From the NCBI GenBank assembly GCA_951406725.2, contig OX597834.1, positions 62,001 through 126,000 of the forward strand: 64,000 nucleotides of DNA. Reading direction: 5' to 3'. A model generated the notes under the pieces. The model searched no databases. It was given only the letters and a program-made list of their open reading frames with translations, and was not told the DNA's origin. Made by a program: the position numbers and the translations under genes. Numbering within the stretch: the first letter of the stretch is position 1; each line of letters begins with the position of its first letter. Of this stretch, positions 27,199-40,873 are shown one piece after another. Origin of the DNA: Octopus vulgaris. Taxonomy: Eukaryota.

Positions 27199-28289
27199 TA
27201 CTGTGTGTGGAAGTGAACTCACACACATGCATATTTCGACTCCATCATCATCATCATTTTTATGCCCATTCGTCTTTGCTTGCATGGATTGGACAGGTCT
27301 ATTTAAACACAGCTTTGTGCTGTTTGTTGCATTCCTGTCATAGAATTAACATTGCACACCTGTGAATATTCTACTTTAGTTTTACCATTGTCCACCTCAC
27401 ATAAACCTGTCAGTTGAAACTAGCAAAAGACAGCACCAAATACTAAATAAATATTCTAACCTCATAAATAGCAGCAGATAAAAGTGCCTGGTGGTGTGTA
27501 GCAGTGTATGTTTGTCGCTGTATGTAATTAGCATTTAACAGTAATTGTCCATAACAATTCACATCAAACCAATATTTGTGAGAAGATATGGTAACCATTC
27601 TTTATATTTGCTCAGAAATGAAAGGAAATGCCAACACAAGCTTTCTCATTGTAACGCCCATCACAAATTCTCTGGCAACTCTGCCAACACTCTTAATTTT
27701 GAGATCTAATGGAAATATGTGAGATAGATGCAAACTAATAACAGGAATGAAAGGCTAAGAGGCAAAACATATACTCTAGATTTAAATGTCTTCTTTATTT
27801 AGTCCAGTTGAAGCTGTATTTATTTTTATGGCTTATTAAGAAGCAGAATGACAGGGCTCATGAATGACCCTTTTCAGGGCATCTGAAAAGAAAGTAGGAA
27901 GTTGTCCTTAGACTTGAGACCTAACTTGAATGCTTGTAACAGAATGAAATTTATTAAAGATACCCAAGGACTAAAGAGTGGGATTAATATAGGTGACAGA
28001 TTAAGCCTGTCACCCACGAGCAATAGAGGCTGTCACCCAGTTTCCATTGACCAAGTTTCACTGTCAAAGGAATCTAATACTTATGATACTTGTTCAAGAT
28101 GCTACATACAAAGGAAGGGAATAACATTTTGTGTTGATGGAACGTTTTCTATTTTTGTTTTTTTTCTTACTGAAGCTAGAGGAGGAAAAATCAGAATGGC
28201 CACTGGCTGGTTAATATTCATTGCGTGGTTGACCAATAACTGTTGATGGTTGAATTAGAGATGATTAAATTTTCAAATATAACAAAATG

Positions 28290-28640
28290 TAGCAAACATG
28301 GCCATGTGGTTAAGATGGTCACTTCACAATTACATGGTCCTGGGTTTGATCCCAGTGCAGGGTACTTTGGGCAAGTGACTTTTGCCTCAATCAGAAATTT
28401 GGTAGAGAGAAACTGTGTGAGTGTGCGTGTGTGTGAACCTCAGTTTAAAGACAAGTGTTATTTATGATGTGTTCTTTCATGACTTGTAACTTAGCAATCT
28501 GATAAATAGGGTTTGATTAAAATAAGTGCCAGGCTAAAATATGTAATGATGTAGATCTTGCTGCTGTCTACAATCCTCTAAGGTGATGGTCCTCCCCCTC
28601 AGCATATTCACAATCCAAGGACCAGAAAACAGGGAAAGTA
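28290..28640 (+). mobile_element. Degenerate tRNA-derived SINE
   Basis: catggccatgtggttaag...gggtttgatcccagtgc...gggcaagtg; colinear with the 26171 copy. Confidence 0.65.
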
Positions 28641-30990
28641 TGAATGACTCTGATCTAAAGCTGATTAATCAATTACAACTGATCTCTCAATCAGGAATGA
28701 TAAATAAACTTAACAAAACAATAATAAAGCATGCAATCTTCAGTCAGTAAATTTTAGGTGTTTCATGTTTACTAAGGGAGAGAGGGACAATATCAATAAT
28801 AGTTTATTTGGACCCCAGAAACCGTTGGCAGGATAAAACTCACACCAATCTATGCAATCTATGATGACAATCTGTAATTTTAGTTGGCCCTTGTTGGATA
28901 ATGTATAGCATTAGAAATTGAATTTAATAATATCTATAAATTGAAAATTGAAATATTTGCTAATTATTAAAAAGGACTTCATTTACTCAGGATGCAAAAA
29001 TATTTTTAAGCATAAAATTTGCATAAAATCTGGACATGCAGGTAATGAGAAATATGTATGTAATTATTATTTTTAATTTTTTCAAAATAATTTAATGGAA
29101 AACTGATAAAGTTTGAATGGTGCACATGCTATTTATCAAAAGATTATGTTGTTGAATTTTAGAAAGATATTAATAAATATTAAAAATGTAGGCATATGAA
29201 TTCCATTATAAATTTCTTAAAAAACAATTCAAAGCAGATATAGACTCAAGTTGTCTTTTGTAAAATAAATGATCATTGGGCATTCATATATACTAAATAA
29301 AAGATTTGCAAATAACATTCACTTAGAATTTATCTGAAAAGTTGGAAAACATTCTGATGGAAAAAAAAAACTGAAATAAGCTTAAAAAGATTTATGAAAT
29401 CGGAGAATTCAAAATATATATTAAAAAAAAAAAACATTCAATAAATGCTGATGTTGAAATGAGTCTGACAGAGGAGAATGTCCTTGGGATACTTTCAGCT
29501 ATAAGTATATATAGTTAAGCGCATGAGCTAATGTACTAAATGTAGTGAACTGAAAACATGTTTAATCAATTTAAAATTACAGCCATAATGAGAAGGAAAC
29601 TCATTTATGTTAATGACAATTCTTTATCAAAAATGGCAATAAGGACAACTCTGATAAATTTATGAGAATTAAATGAAGAGATACTGTGGGATGGAAGAAT
29701 GAATTGACCTTTGATAGATGTGGATACAATGTCTTAAATGTCTCCTCATCAGACCTCATCAGAGATGCACAGCCTAAAGATCAAACCCCTTGCCACTGGA
29801 TGTACACATTTAATTTTGATTCATCATTTTGGTCTTTCTTGACAAGTTTTGTCATTAACATCAATAATTAGTTTTTCTCTTCCTTATTGGAGTAATTCTG
29901 ATATAATTAGTATATTGATTATCCCCAAGGTAATTCCTAAAGGATCAATAATATTTTAATAGATTTTAAAAAATCATGCGAGATTTGTACAAAGCAAAAG
30001 AAAGATAAATGAATGCTGTAGTATTAAGTGATTTCCTTGTTTGTTAAGAAAAGGTGAAGGTGATGCGGAACAATGTCCGTCTAAACTATGTGAAAGAATC
30101 AGAAGATTTGTGGTTTTTGTTATTGAATGGAAAAGAAACAGGCAAAGGTGGATGTGAGAGACATCTGAGCTAGAATTGTTTGGAGTGTTGGAGAAAAAGC
30201 CTTTTAGTTTCAGCCACAGACTGAGTTCAAATCCTGCTGGGGTAAAATTTTCTTTCATTCTTCCAAGGTTGATAAAATAAAGTACCAGTCAACTACTAGG
30301 GTTGATTTAATCAACTGATACTGATATTGCAAAGGAATTTTTTTTTAATAGGAGACAAACGCTGAAAATTGCAAACAAGCTTTCTGAGTGCTCTTTGTGT
30401 TTCAAAGATGGACGACAAAGTTAACCCCAACATCTACAATATTCCTGTGAGAGCAGTGATTCTAGACAGGTTTATTTATCACTGAAAGACATAAATGAGG
30501 GACTAATGGCACTCAAATTCAATAATTAAAGGGATATATGGCATATCCATCTGTCGTCACAGAAGAACAAACACAACTAAAATTAAGCAATGGTTATTCC
30601 TTTACCATTTTCTATGACATGAGCAGCAGAGGTTCTTAGATTCAAAAACAAAATTATTATAGATAAGACCTAAGGAAGGAGCCTCTATGTGGTTGCTTTT
30701 TCAGTTACAAATAGCACAGAATTGCTGGTCTTGTGCCAAAATATGAAGTTATTCTTAAGAGTGGTGCAATAGCAGGATCACCAAAGTGTTGAGGAATAAA
30801 ATATTCATTCATTCCAGTTCTTTTATAACCTGTCAACTTTGCCTTTTATCCTTCTGAAGTCAAAAAAATGCCAGTCAAGTCCCTGCTTCAGGGATCTGGA
30901 CAAACACTCCCCTCAAAATTGTTAGACTCGTGCCTAAATTTGAAACACTTCTTATGATTATTATTATTATTTATTATTATTATTATTATT

Positions 30991-31195
30991 AAGGTGTTAG
31001 ACTGGCAGAATTATTAGAGCATTGCACTTAATGCCTCACAGCATGTCTTCCTGCTCTTCATGTTGTGAGTTCAAATCCTGCTGAGGTCAACTTTGCCTTT
31101 CATCTTTTCAGGATCCATAAACTATAGTTCCAGTCAGGTAGTGGGGTAAATATAATGGACTGACACCCCTCCCTGAACATTGCTAACTTTGTGAT
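30991..31195 (+). mobile_element. tRNA-derived SINE (second family) after (ATT)n
   Basis: aaggtgttagactggcagaattattag...gagttcaaatcctgctgaggtcaactttgcctttcatc. Related partial copies at about 30210-30320 and 30790-30950. Confidence 0.7.
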
Positions 31196-32004
31196 TAATT
31201 CATCATCATCATTCTTATTATTACATTTTCTATGGTTTCCAGCAATTTTCTACATAATTGAGGTGGTTTGTAGAGTACACAAGGTGCCTGGCCTACTAGT
31301 TAGGGTGCTGCACTTGTGATTATAGAATTGTGGTTTCAATTCCCAGACTGACCGTGCCTTGTGTTTTTCAGCAAAACACTTCATTTCATATAACTCCAGT
31401 CCACTCAGTTGTAAATGAGAGACCTTGGTGTACAGGGATGGATTTTCCTGAGATGGTGACTCAGGAAAATCACCTAAATGGAGGCCTTGCAAGCTATATT
31501 TTGTATTCACTGAAAGGATGAACAGCACAACCTGTTCTGTGAATTCTGATTTGTTGGGACTGGTGGTCGTTCAACCATGTCAAAAGATGCAGCTGCTGCA
31601 GTATAATATCCCAGCATTAATTTCTCGACAGACCATGTCTTCCTCCCAACAACAAAAGCTTTCTCTCTGATGAGCTTCCCTACAGTTTCCATCTGCCAAA
31701 TTTCACTCACTAAGCTTTGGTTGACTTGAAGCTATGGCAGAAAACACACAGTGCAATTGTAATGGAGAAGCCAAGAGAAATCCCTTCCATGATCTTTAGA
31801 AGATGCGATTCATGGAAATTAAGTTTGGAAAAAGAAGACCAAAAGACTCCCACACAATACCAACATTTACAAACTCTAAAAGAATATCTTAGTAAGAGCA
31901 GCTGGTTCATAAGGAAGAAATATGCTGCCTATACTGCTCGGGTTAATGCTTGGACAGGGTTCTACAGAATATATTACAAATAATGATAAAAGCAACAACA
32001 ATAA

Positions 32005-32570
<566 letters not shown>

Positions 32571-32874
32571 CATAATAATAATAACAACAACTTGATTACT
32601 ATATTTACTGTGTGTTCTAATTAAGAAACCTGCCTATCAGTCTATCTGTAATTTGTACAATAGACAGATAAGACTAACATTTTAATAAGCTATCAATAAA
32701 TTAGCCAGAAGGACAGACAATAGTCATACAAGGGTTTGTAAATATTGTTATGATATTCTGATGCAGTATTTGTTAATGTTTGAGGCTTGTCATGCCAAGA
32801 TGTACTGAATTTTTGGTTTGAGAAACTCTATGGATTCAACAAATTTATTATCAAGTTCTGGCTCAGGTAAATAT

Positions 32875-33474
32875 TCCCTCAGTTCTGGAGCCAGCAGGAT
32901 TATCCAGAAGTGATGGGAAAAGACCAGATGGTCTTATCCATTGTCCCTTATCTGCCTCATCTGGGACGCCACAGTCAGTGACTCCTGTGCTCACTCCCAC
33001 ATCCTGGATGCTGTAGTGAATGGAAGGGTCACTGTTTCTGTAGTTGAATGGAACAAAATCCTGAAGTATCAGGACTTATTGGTGAACCATTTCTTCCAGC
33101 CAGTGGCATTTGTGATGTCTGGAGGAGCTGGGCTGCTGACAATGAAGTTCTTGTCATCATTAACAGCTTGTCTTACTGAGGTGTCAGATGATGCCCATGA
33201 GTGTGCTTGGCTGTTCCAATGCCTTGCCATCACCCACAGTAATGCCATGAATGTTTTGGCTTGCTTCCGTAAGTTCTGCTCAACCTTATACTGTGCAAAC
33301 AACTGATGCACTTAGTATTGAATTGATGTTTTCCTTCTTTCTTCTTGCTTCCTTTTTTACCCACTTTTCACTCAAAATTGTGTTTTCTTTGGTTTGGGAT
33401 TTTAATATGGAATATTTATGTAATTCAATATACTTTTTATGTCAATAAATATTTTGTAAGGAGAAAAAAAAAAA
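32875..33474 (+). mobile_element. 5'-truncated CRE-like (restriction-like endonuclease) non-LTR retrotransposon
   Basis: LEPAGLSRSDGKRPDGL...LIWDATVSD...KY..L...FFQPVAF..SG..G motifs, then AATAAA (about 33444) and an A-rich tail. Confidence 0.75.
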
Positions 33475-36150
33475 GAATCTAAATTTATAAAATGGGTGTG
33501 GTGGGGGAAAGGAAGTTTAATTAGGTGAAGAAACTTGGTTTACTAAGAACCTATTGGTGCACCATAGTGCCTGCCACAACAATGACAACAACAAGAGTAA
33601 TAGCAGTAGTAATAATAAAGTGATGATGATGATGCTGCTGAAATCAGTGAAAATATAGACAGGACTTTTCTTACCATCATCATAATAATAATCTGGAAAC
33701 AAGTGAGAAATTTATAAATTCCAAGTAGTTTTATACATCAAACATAATTGTAAAAAAAACAGGTGGCAGTGGGGGGGGGGGGGCACTGGCAATGGTCTTT
33801 GTTGGTAAATATTATAGAGAGAAGTTAGTTGCCTCTTACAACAAACAACACAGTTAATAAGAAGTACATCATTTAAAAATGGGGATAGACAAGGTTAGGG
33901 TTAGATGGGGACATAAAAACAGAAATGAAAAGTTAGTAAAGTTTTATGATTCCAGACGAAGAATACTGTAACTGCATGTAATGTGGTATAATGTGTGGAA
34001 ACATAACAGACTGAAGGTTGCAGCTGTGAACTGAAAAAATCAATGGACATCTCTTTGAATGTAGGGCATTGATATGTAAGTTCAAACTTTTCAAGAGACA
34101 TTGGTCATTCAAAGAATAGAGAAGAAAGATTTTGCCTTGAATATAATGGACAAATTATTTAGTGGGAAAAACTTTTGTTCTTTCATATTGGTTTCAGGTA
34201 ATTATTGTAAGAGGTGAAATAGAAAGAATAGCAAGTAATTAAAATTAAAATAGAATAAAATAATATTGAAATTTAATCATGAAACAGGATTGGAGAATGG
34301 TGAAGTTGTGGAATTGAAAAATCACTGTAAGTTTGGATGTTACAATCATAAGACAACAGAAAAAGGTGACAGTTTAAAATGGTGAGGGTATAATTAGCAA
34401 ATGATAAATTATTGCCATCAATTAATAAGGAAGAGGAACGAGAAGAACAGATGCTAAATATACAAATGAAATTAAAATGTATTGATTTGGAAAGTTCTAT
34501 CAATTCCATTGAAATACAAAGAAATGATTAATTTTCCAATTGAAACTGCTTAAATAAAATTAGTTTCTTCTTTTGGGGTAGGAACACTTAAATGATTTGA
34601 ATAGTTTTTATTCAGTGAAATCTAAACTAAAATATGTCAAGATGCTAGAGTATTATTTACTTGTGCCAACATAAGAATAAAATGTTAAAATTATCTTAAG
34701 AGCTTCAACGACATAGAACGTGAAAAGGAAATAAATAACAGAGGGACAATAAGAAGGTGCTCGGCTGCGAGATAATATAATAGAAACACCAGGTGTGTAA
34801 AACATATATAATATTATCTAAACCAAGGTGAGAAACAAACATTAAGTGGCAATTTGTATTTAAATTAGACTATAATTAATTAGAGAGAATTGGTGAAATA
34901 ATACTTTTAGGGGATGCAAAAAAAAAATAGTGAAGTGGAAATAAATCTCAACAGATTTGCAAATAATTTCATTGTGGTTTCTTACCTTCATAAAAATAAC
35001 CTGGAAATAAGGACCAAATTTTAGAAATATAACTTGTCGGGCAAAAGGGGACAGGGAGAATGTTTGTAAAAGAAATTCTGAATTGTTTTCGTCATATTAT
35101 AACGGCTAATAATGTAAGATTTTTAATATTGATTAAAAAACAAATTGCTGGTTTCAAAATTAGACAAACTGAATATAAAAAGGCTAAATATAAGAGCCTC
35201 TATATAGTTACATGGCCTGTTAAAAATGGCAGCCAATTTCCCTCAAATTAGACTACTATCTCATATAAGGGAAGGATACATTAGACAATATAGTCCTAGA
35301 TACCCATAGAAAGCTGAAACTATGAAACAGTATTTACAAAATGTAAATTCCCATGAAGAATATGGAAAAAATTGTGAGGAATAATGGAAAGTAACTTAGA
35401 CCCAAACCAGACTTCATGCAAAATAGCCTCAGTGTTGGAAAAATTAGAATTAAGTTCCATGCATAGATGTAGATATTTGTTTTTCAAATAGACAAGGTAG
35501 TGCCCCAGCATGGCCACACTCCAATGACTGAAACCAGTAAAAAGAAATTACAAAATACAACGAAGCATTTCTTTTTTTCCATTTCCCTTAATTTACAGGA
35601 AGAAAACAATACCTATGACTCTTATCAAGGTCTTTGAAAATGATGGAATGAAATTCTTTTTCAATCAAAGACATAACTTGTATACTTCCAACAGAGTGGA
35701 TTCGGCCAGAGGCGCCTAAAGAGTGAAATGGTGGACGAACAGGGAAACTCAACCAAAGGTGCCTGAAGAGCCAAATAGTTGTGGAGTTAAACTGTGTGAA
35801 GAATTATGTATACCATCCCAAAACAGAATCAATTTTCCCAGAGTTCTTGTCTACCAAATTCCACTCACCAGGCTTTGGTTACTCTGAAGCTACGGTAATA
35901 GAAGATAGTTGCTTGAGGTACCACACAGCAGGAGTGAACCCCAAATACTGTAGTTGTGAAGTGAGTTTGATCACACTGATGAATTACATAGCAAAATATG
36001 TAAAATCAAAACCTCTGAATAGAGTCTTTTTTTATATATGTTTTTGTATTGTTGGACTTAATTATTGAGTCTAATTACTAAACTTAGCAATTCTTGAAAG
36101 AAAACTGAAAATTTAACCAAATATTGGAATTTGTGTTTTTCTAACATAGT

Positions 36151-38259
36151 TTAATCCTTAGAATCCGAAATGCCAATGCATTGGCCATACATTCTTAAAA
36201 TGCCAGTCTACTGGCACTCCACATGTCTTTATTTTGTTACACACTATTTTGAGTCAGGAACCAATCAGTGAGCCTGTTATTTCGGGTCTTTGGCATACAT
36301 ATTCTGATGTGGATTACTTATTTTGTGCTTGAATTTCGCTGAGAATGTCTTCAAAATGTGTCAGTGCTGAAGAAAGACCAGCTCAGATTCTTAGTGATGA
36401 TGACGAGGATTTAGATGAGTCTGATTACAGTAACAAATGTGATTTGGAGCAAGAAACTAATGAAACCCAACAATTCTGACAGCGATCAAGGTGAACTTGT
36501 ACATAATGTAGACAATGCTGCAGTACATGCCCAAATGCCTCAGGCTAATAGGAGGTGGGGGCCATAGTGATGGCGGTAGTAAACATGAATATTCCTGCTC
36601 TCTGGAGATGAGTTACAGCTGGTTTTACAGCAAGACAGTTCAGTCCTAACCACCCCACAGGCCGAAAGGATATTCCACCTCATATAAATGGAGAAAGTGG
36701 CCCCTGGATTTCCTTTGCCTGTTCTGAGACGATGTGCTTTGGGACATTTTGGTTAGAGAAAGTAATAAGAATGCCACATGTGTCAAAACCCAATAACTAT
36801 GGTGCCAAAAAAGTGGTATGACACAACAGTAAAAGGGATGAAGGCCTTCTTTGGTTGTAGAGTTGCCATAGAGATGTTAGTTCATAAGGATAGGTATGAA
36901 CAGTACTGGTGTACAAAATGTAGCTTTTTGACATCAACTCCAGGATTTGGGAAGGTTGGGACAGGTTTTTAGCTAAATGGTCAATGCTGACAAGGACGAT
37001 CTGAATGTAAATAAGAAAGACAAAATATATAAGTCACAACCAATCATTGATTATATCTTACCAAGGTCTCAAAAACATTTTGAGCCTGAATGTGAGCTAT
37101 TTTTAGATGAAGGCATGATTCCAACCAAAAATGCCTTATCCATAGAGCAAACAATCAAAGACAAACCCCGTTGGGGCTTGAAGACATTCTTGCTAACAGA
37201 CAGTGCAAATAGTTACATTGTGAATGCTGAAGTGTACACTGGAAGGAGACCAGATGCCTGAGCAATTGATAATTTGCGTGTCACGGGGAATCTCATAGAA
37301 CAAATGACGGAGAGGTATCAAGTGCAGAACTATTCACTGTTTGTGGACAGATTTTATGCATCAGTTGAGCTTGCAGAATATTTATTGGATAAAGGCATAA
37401 GACTGTGTGGAACAGTTCTGATCAACAGGTCTTCCCTAAAGTGTCACAAAAGAACAGGCAAATTCAAAAAGGGGCATCCGTGGTTCTGTTCAATGGGAAT
37501 GTTGCAGTAATGGTATAGATGGAAAAATGCCCTAAACATTTTGTTTCATCAATTTATGTGGATTCACCCATGACCTCAGTCACTAGGTATGATTGAAATG
37601 AACACAGAAAAGTACCTGTGCCCTATCCTATGGCAATGAAGAGTTACAATAACTTCATGGGAGGAACAGACAAAGCAACCAAATGACACACCTGCAAAAG
37701 TATCGGCACCATTATAACTGGCCTCGCTGATTAGTGATGAAGTTCTTTATGTGGACATCATATAATGTCTATGTTTTGCAGAGATGTTATAAGTCCCCAT
37801 ATCCAGCCTAACAAAAGAACCATCACATTCCATGCTTTCCTGAATAAGCCTTGTCATGAACGGTGATGTGAGGCTCAGTACCCAAGCAGGACATGGTCAT
37901 CCAGCAAGTGCAGAGAGTTGTTTGGTTGATGTTGGATTGCATGAAGTGAAACGAGCTGAACATGCAACCGCAAACAACCGTTGTGCTGTGTGCATGGCGA
38001 AACATAGGCAGGCGAAGAGAGCGAATCCTAATGCTCAGTATAAGGACTTGGCAAAACAGTCAAAGACTATTTTCTGGTGGAACCACTGCAAAGTTTCCCT
38101 CTGTATTGGGAGACAAGGATCAAACTGATAACATGACTGGCACAACAAAGTGCAGTATTGGAAAAAAGACTTGAACATCTTGTATTCTATTGTTTTTCAC
38201 CATTTTGTATGGTTGTGTTGTGAAATAAGCAGGTCTTTCAGTATATATTCTAAGATTAA
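36151..38259 (+). mobile_element. piggyBac transposon with pseudogenised (PGBD4-like) transposase
   Basis: TTAA at both ends and short TIRs (tccttagaat / attctaaga). Acidic N-terminus from ATG 36344, DEGMIP, KP-RWGLK, DRFYASV, YNNFMGGTDK, and a C-terminal CAVC...C..SLC Cys-rich domain. Many stops and frameshifts. Confidence 0.9.
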
Positions 38260-40841
38260 AAATTTTCAGTGAAACTTGCTGGGAGCTTAGGGTGGGGCAT
38301 TCAATTCCTGTGGGTGGTTGGAGTTCAAAGGTTTAATGGTTACTTGTTTTGAAGTGAGGCTGAGTGGTGAAATAAACTGTCTTTTGTGGCCTGCAATGTC
38401 AAATAAGATGCTACTAGGCTGAAAGATTCCTATGCTGTACTGTATGATATATAATACAGTAGTAGACATAAAATACAGAACAGACTGTCATTAATTAGTT
38501 GAGGTTCAATAAAACAGAGTTCACATAATTGCTCTGTTTTTGTCAATCCTTGACCACCACCAAGGACCACTAAGGACTCAAGAAGTAAAAAGTGAAGAAA
38601 TTACTTTATTTGTAAAGAAATTTAAGGAGAATACACACAATAATGTTAATATAGTTAATGAAATGTAAAGATGATCTCAGTGGGAATCGAAACCAGAACA
38701 TAGTTTTGCTAGTCATTTCTCTCCTGTTGTACCAATTCAGCCAAAACAGGTTTTTCTTATTTTTTTTTAGTACCAAAGTATGAAGTATCAGTTATTGGTC
38801 GTTAATATGATAGGATTCTACAAAATTTTCATCGATCAAATTTCACTTACAAAACTGGGGGTGGATTAAACTTGGAACATTTTTATGAGATATTTAAATT
38901 TCAAGAAGAGAATGAAAGTGAAATATTTTAAAAGAAAATTAAATCTGTACAACCTTATAGAGAAAAAGTGGAGACAATTACCATTTCATAGAAATTGTTG
39001 AGCATCAAAGTTAGTTGGTTAGAGTTTGGTTGAAATGGTAGATTAAAACCCTTAAGTGTCCTGCACATGATTGGCCACAACCCAATAAATTAAACCAGTG
39101 AGAGAATGAGAAAGTTTAAGATCTGTTTCTAGAACTAACTGAACAAACAGCAAGCAGTAGGAATTAAAATTTCAACACTGGAATGTAATGCTTGTTATGC
39201 TGTAGTAATGAAAATAATTAAGATAAAAAACCCCAATATTTGCATAATTTCAGCTCTTTCTAATGTTATATTTCTTTTTATAAACAGAGACAATGAATAA
39301 ACTAAAAGTCCACTCTAGAGTGGACTTTTGGCATAACTGGGAGAAAGACAACCTCTTTAGTGCTGGTGTCATGTTAAAATGTACCCTGTACATTCAGCAA
39401 AATGGTTGGTGATAGGAATAATAACTATTGCAGAGGGTAATGGCACCAATAAGACTTGTCCAACTCATATGAGGATGGAAAAGTAGAATAGAGTTCAGAG
39501 ATGAAATTCACAAGTCATTTCTAATTGTTTTGTTAGAATTTATATACTGACTAATTGCTTATATCTCTGCAACTACTCCTAAAATACTGTCATATACCGG
39601 GGTTAATTTAATCAGTTGATATACTGCTGTCTTTCAGGTTTCTTCAAACAATGAAATTGCAATTAAGAATCTTGAAGGAGTCTTCTTCGACAGATAAAAG
39701 TGTTAACCTTAATGATTACAATTCTAGTTTGAAATCCATCAAGATGCCACAGAAATTCTATAATTAATGAATACGATGCATATCCCCAATTGTTTTTGAC
39801 AATGGTGACAAAAGAAGGAAAATGATCCTATTCGAGTTCTTGGTGTAGATCCCCCCCCCCCCTATGCTCAATGTCAAATAAGTTTAAACCGTCTGGGGAA
39901 GACAGTAAGGTAACTTTCACACTCCTCAATAGCTGACATCATTAAGTTACACCACCTTGAAATTACAAAATCTTGACCAAGAATATGGATAATTTGTTTT
40001 AATATCAAGAGTGAATTGTAAACACAACTTGAAGGGTTGTACCAGGACTGAGAAGTAAACCTTTCATTTTATGAATTCAGGGGTTCGATTTAAGTGTCAA
40101 GGGGAGGGGTGGGAGCACCAACCCTGACCTAAAAGACAACACCGTTAAAATATCAAAGAAGTTTTTGAGCAAATATTGTTGCCAAGGTTACAAGAAGATG
40201 CTACCAGATTTGATGCAGAAATAAAGAATGTGATGCTAAATTTTATTTAAAATGAAAATATTCCATGGAACCCAAGACAAATTCCCAGTTATTCATTATA
40301 TTTTGTTAATGGAGTTAGTAGAGATCACTGGTTAAATAATGTATGAACTGAGAGTGAGAAAGCAGAAGATAGCGAAAGAGTATTTAAATAAGTGTTCCCT
40401 CACACTAGAAATATCTAAACAAGAAGACATCACATAAAATGTTTTAATAAACCATTAGATACTATTAATTAAAATTTACAAACACAACTAAACCAATAGT
40501 AAATAACTGGTTTAGTTTTCTTAAAATTTATGAAAAATTTGTTGAAGTAAGGATAGCAACAATACATAGTGATGATGGTGAAGATGATGATGATGATGAT
40601 GATGATGATAGTAATGTTGCCTATAATAGAAAGAAATATTTTTAATTGGCAGAAATTATAAAGTGACTCAAAGATTGAGTTTCATGACTCATTTCTTAAA
40701 ACCACTTTGTAACTTCTGCTGATTGAAAAAAGTGTGTGTGTGAAAAATGGGATTTAGCAATGATGAAATCCCTGCAAAGTTTGTGTCTCCATATAGTCAC
40801 AGTTCAGTGACTAAAACCAGTAAAAGCAGAAAATTAATACA

Positions 40842-40873
<32 letters not shown>

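Noticed and set aside
36344-38174. Domesticated PGBD gene
   Set aside because: Multiple stops and frameshifts with retained TTAA/TIR ends indicate a dead transposon.
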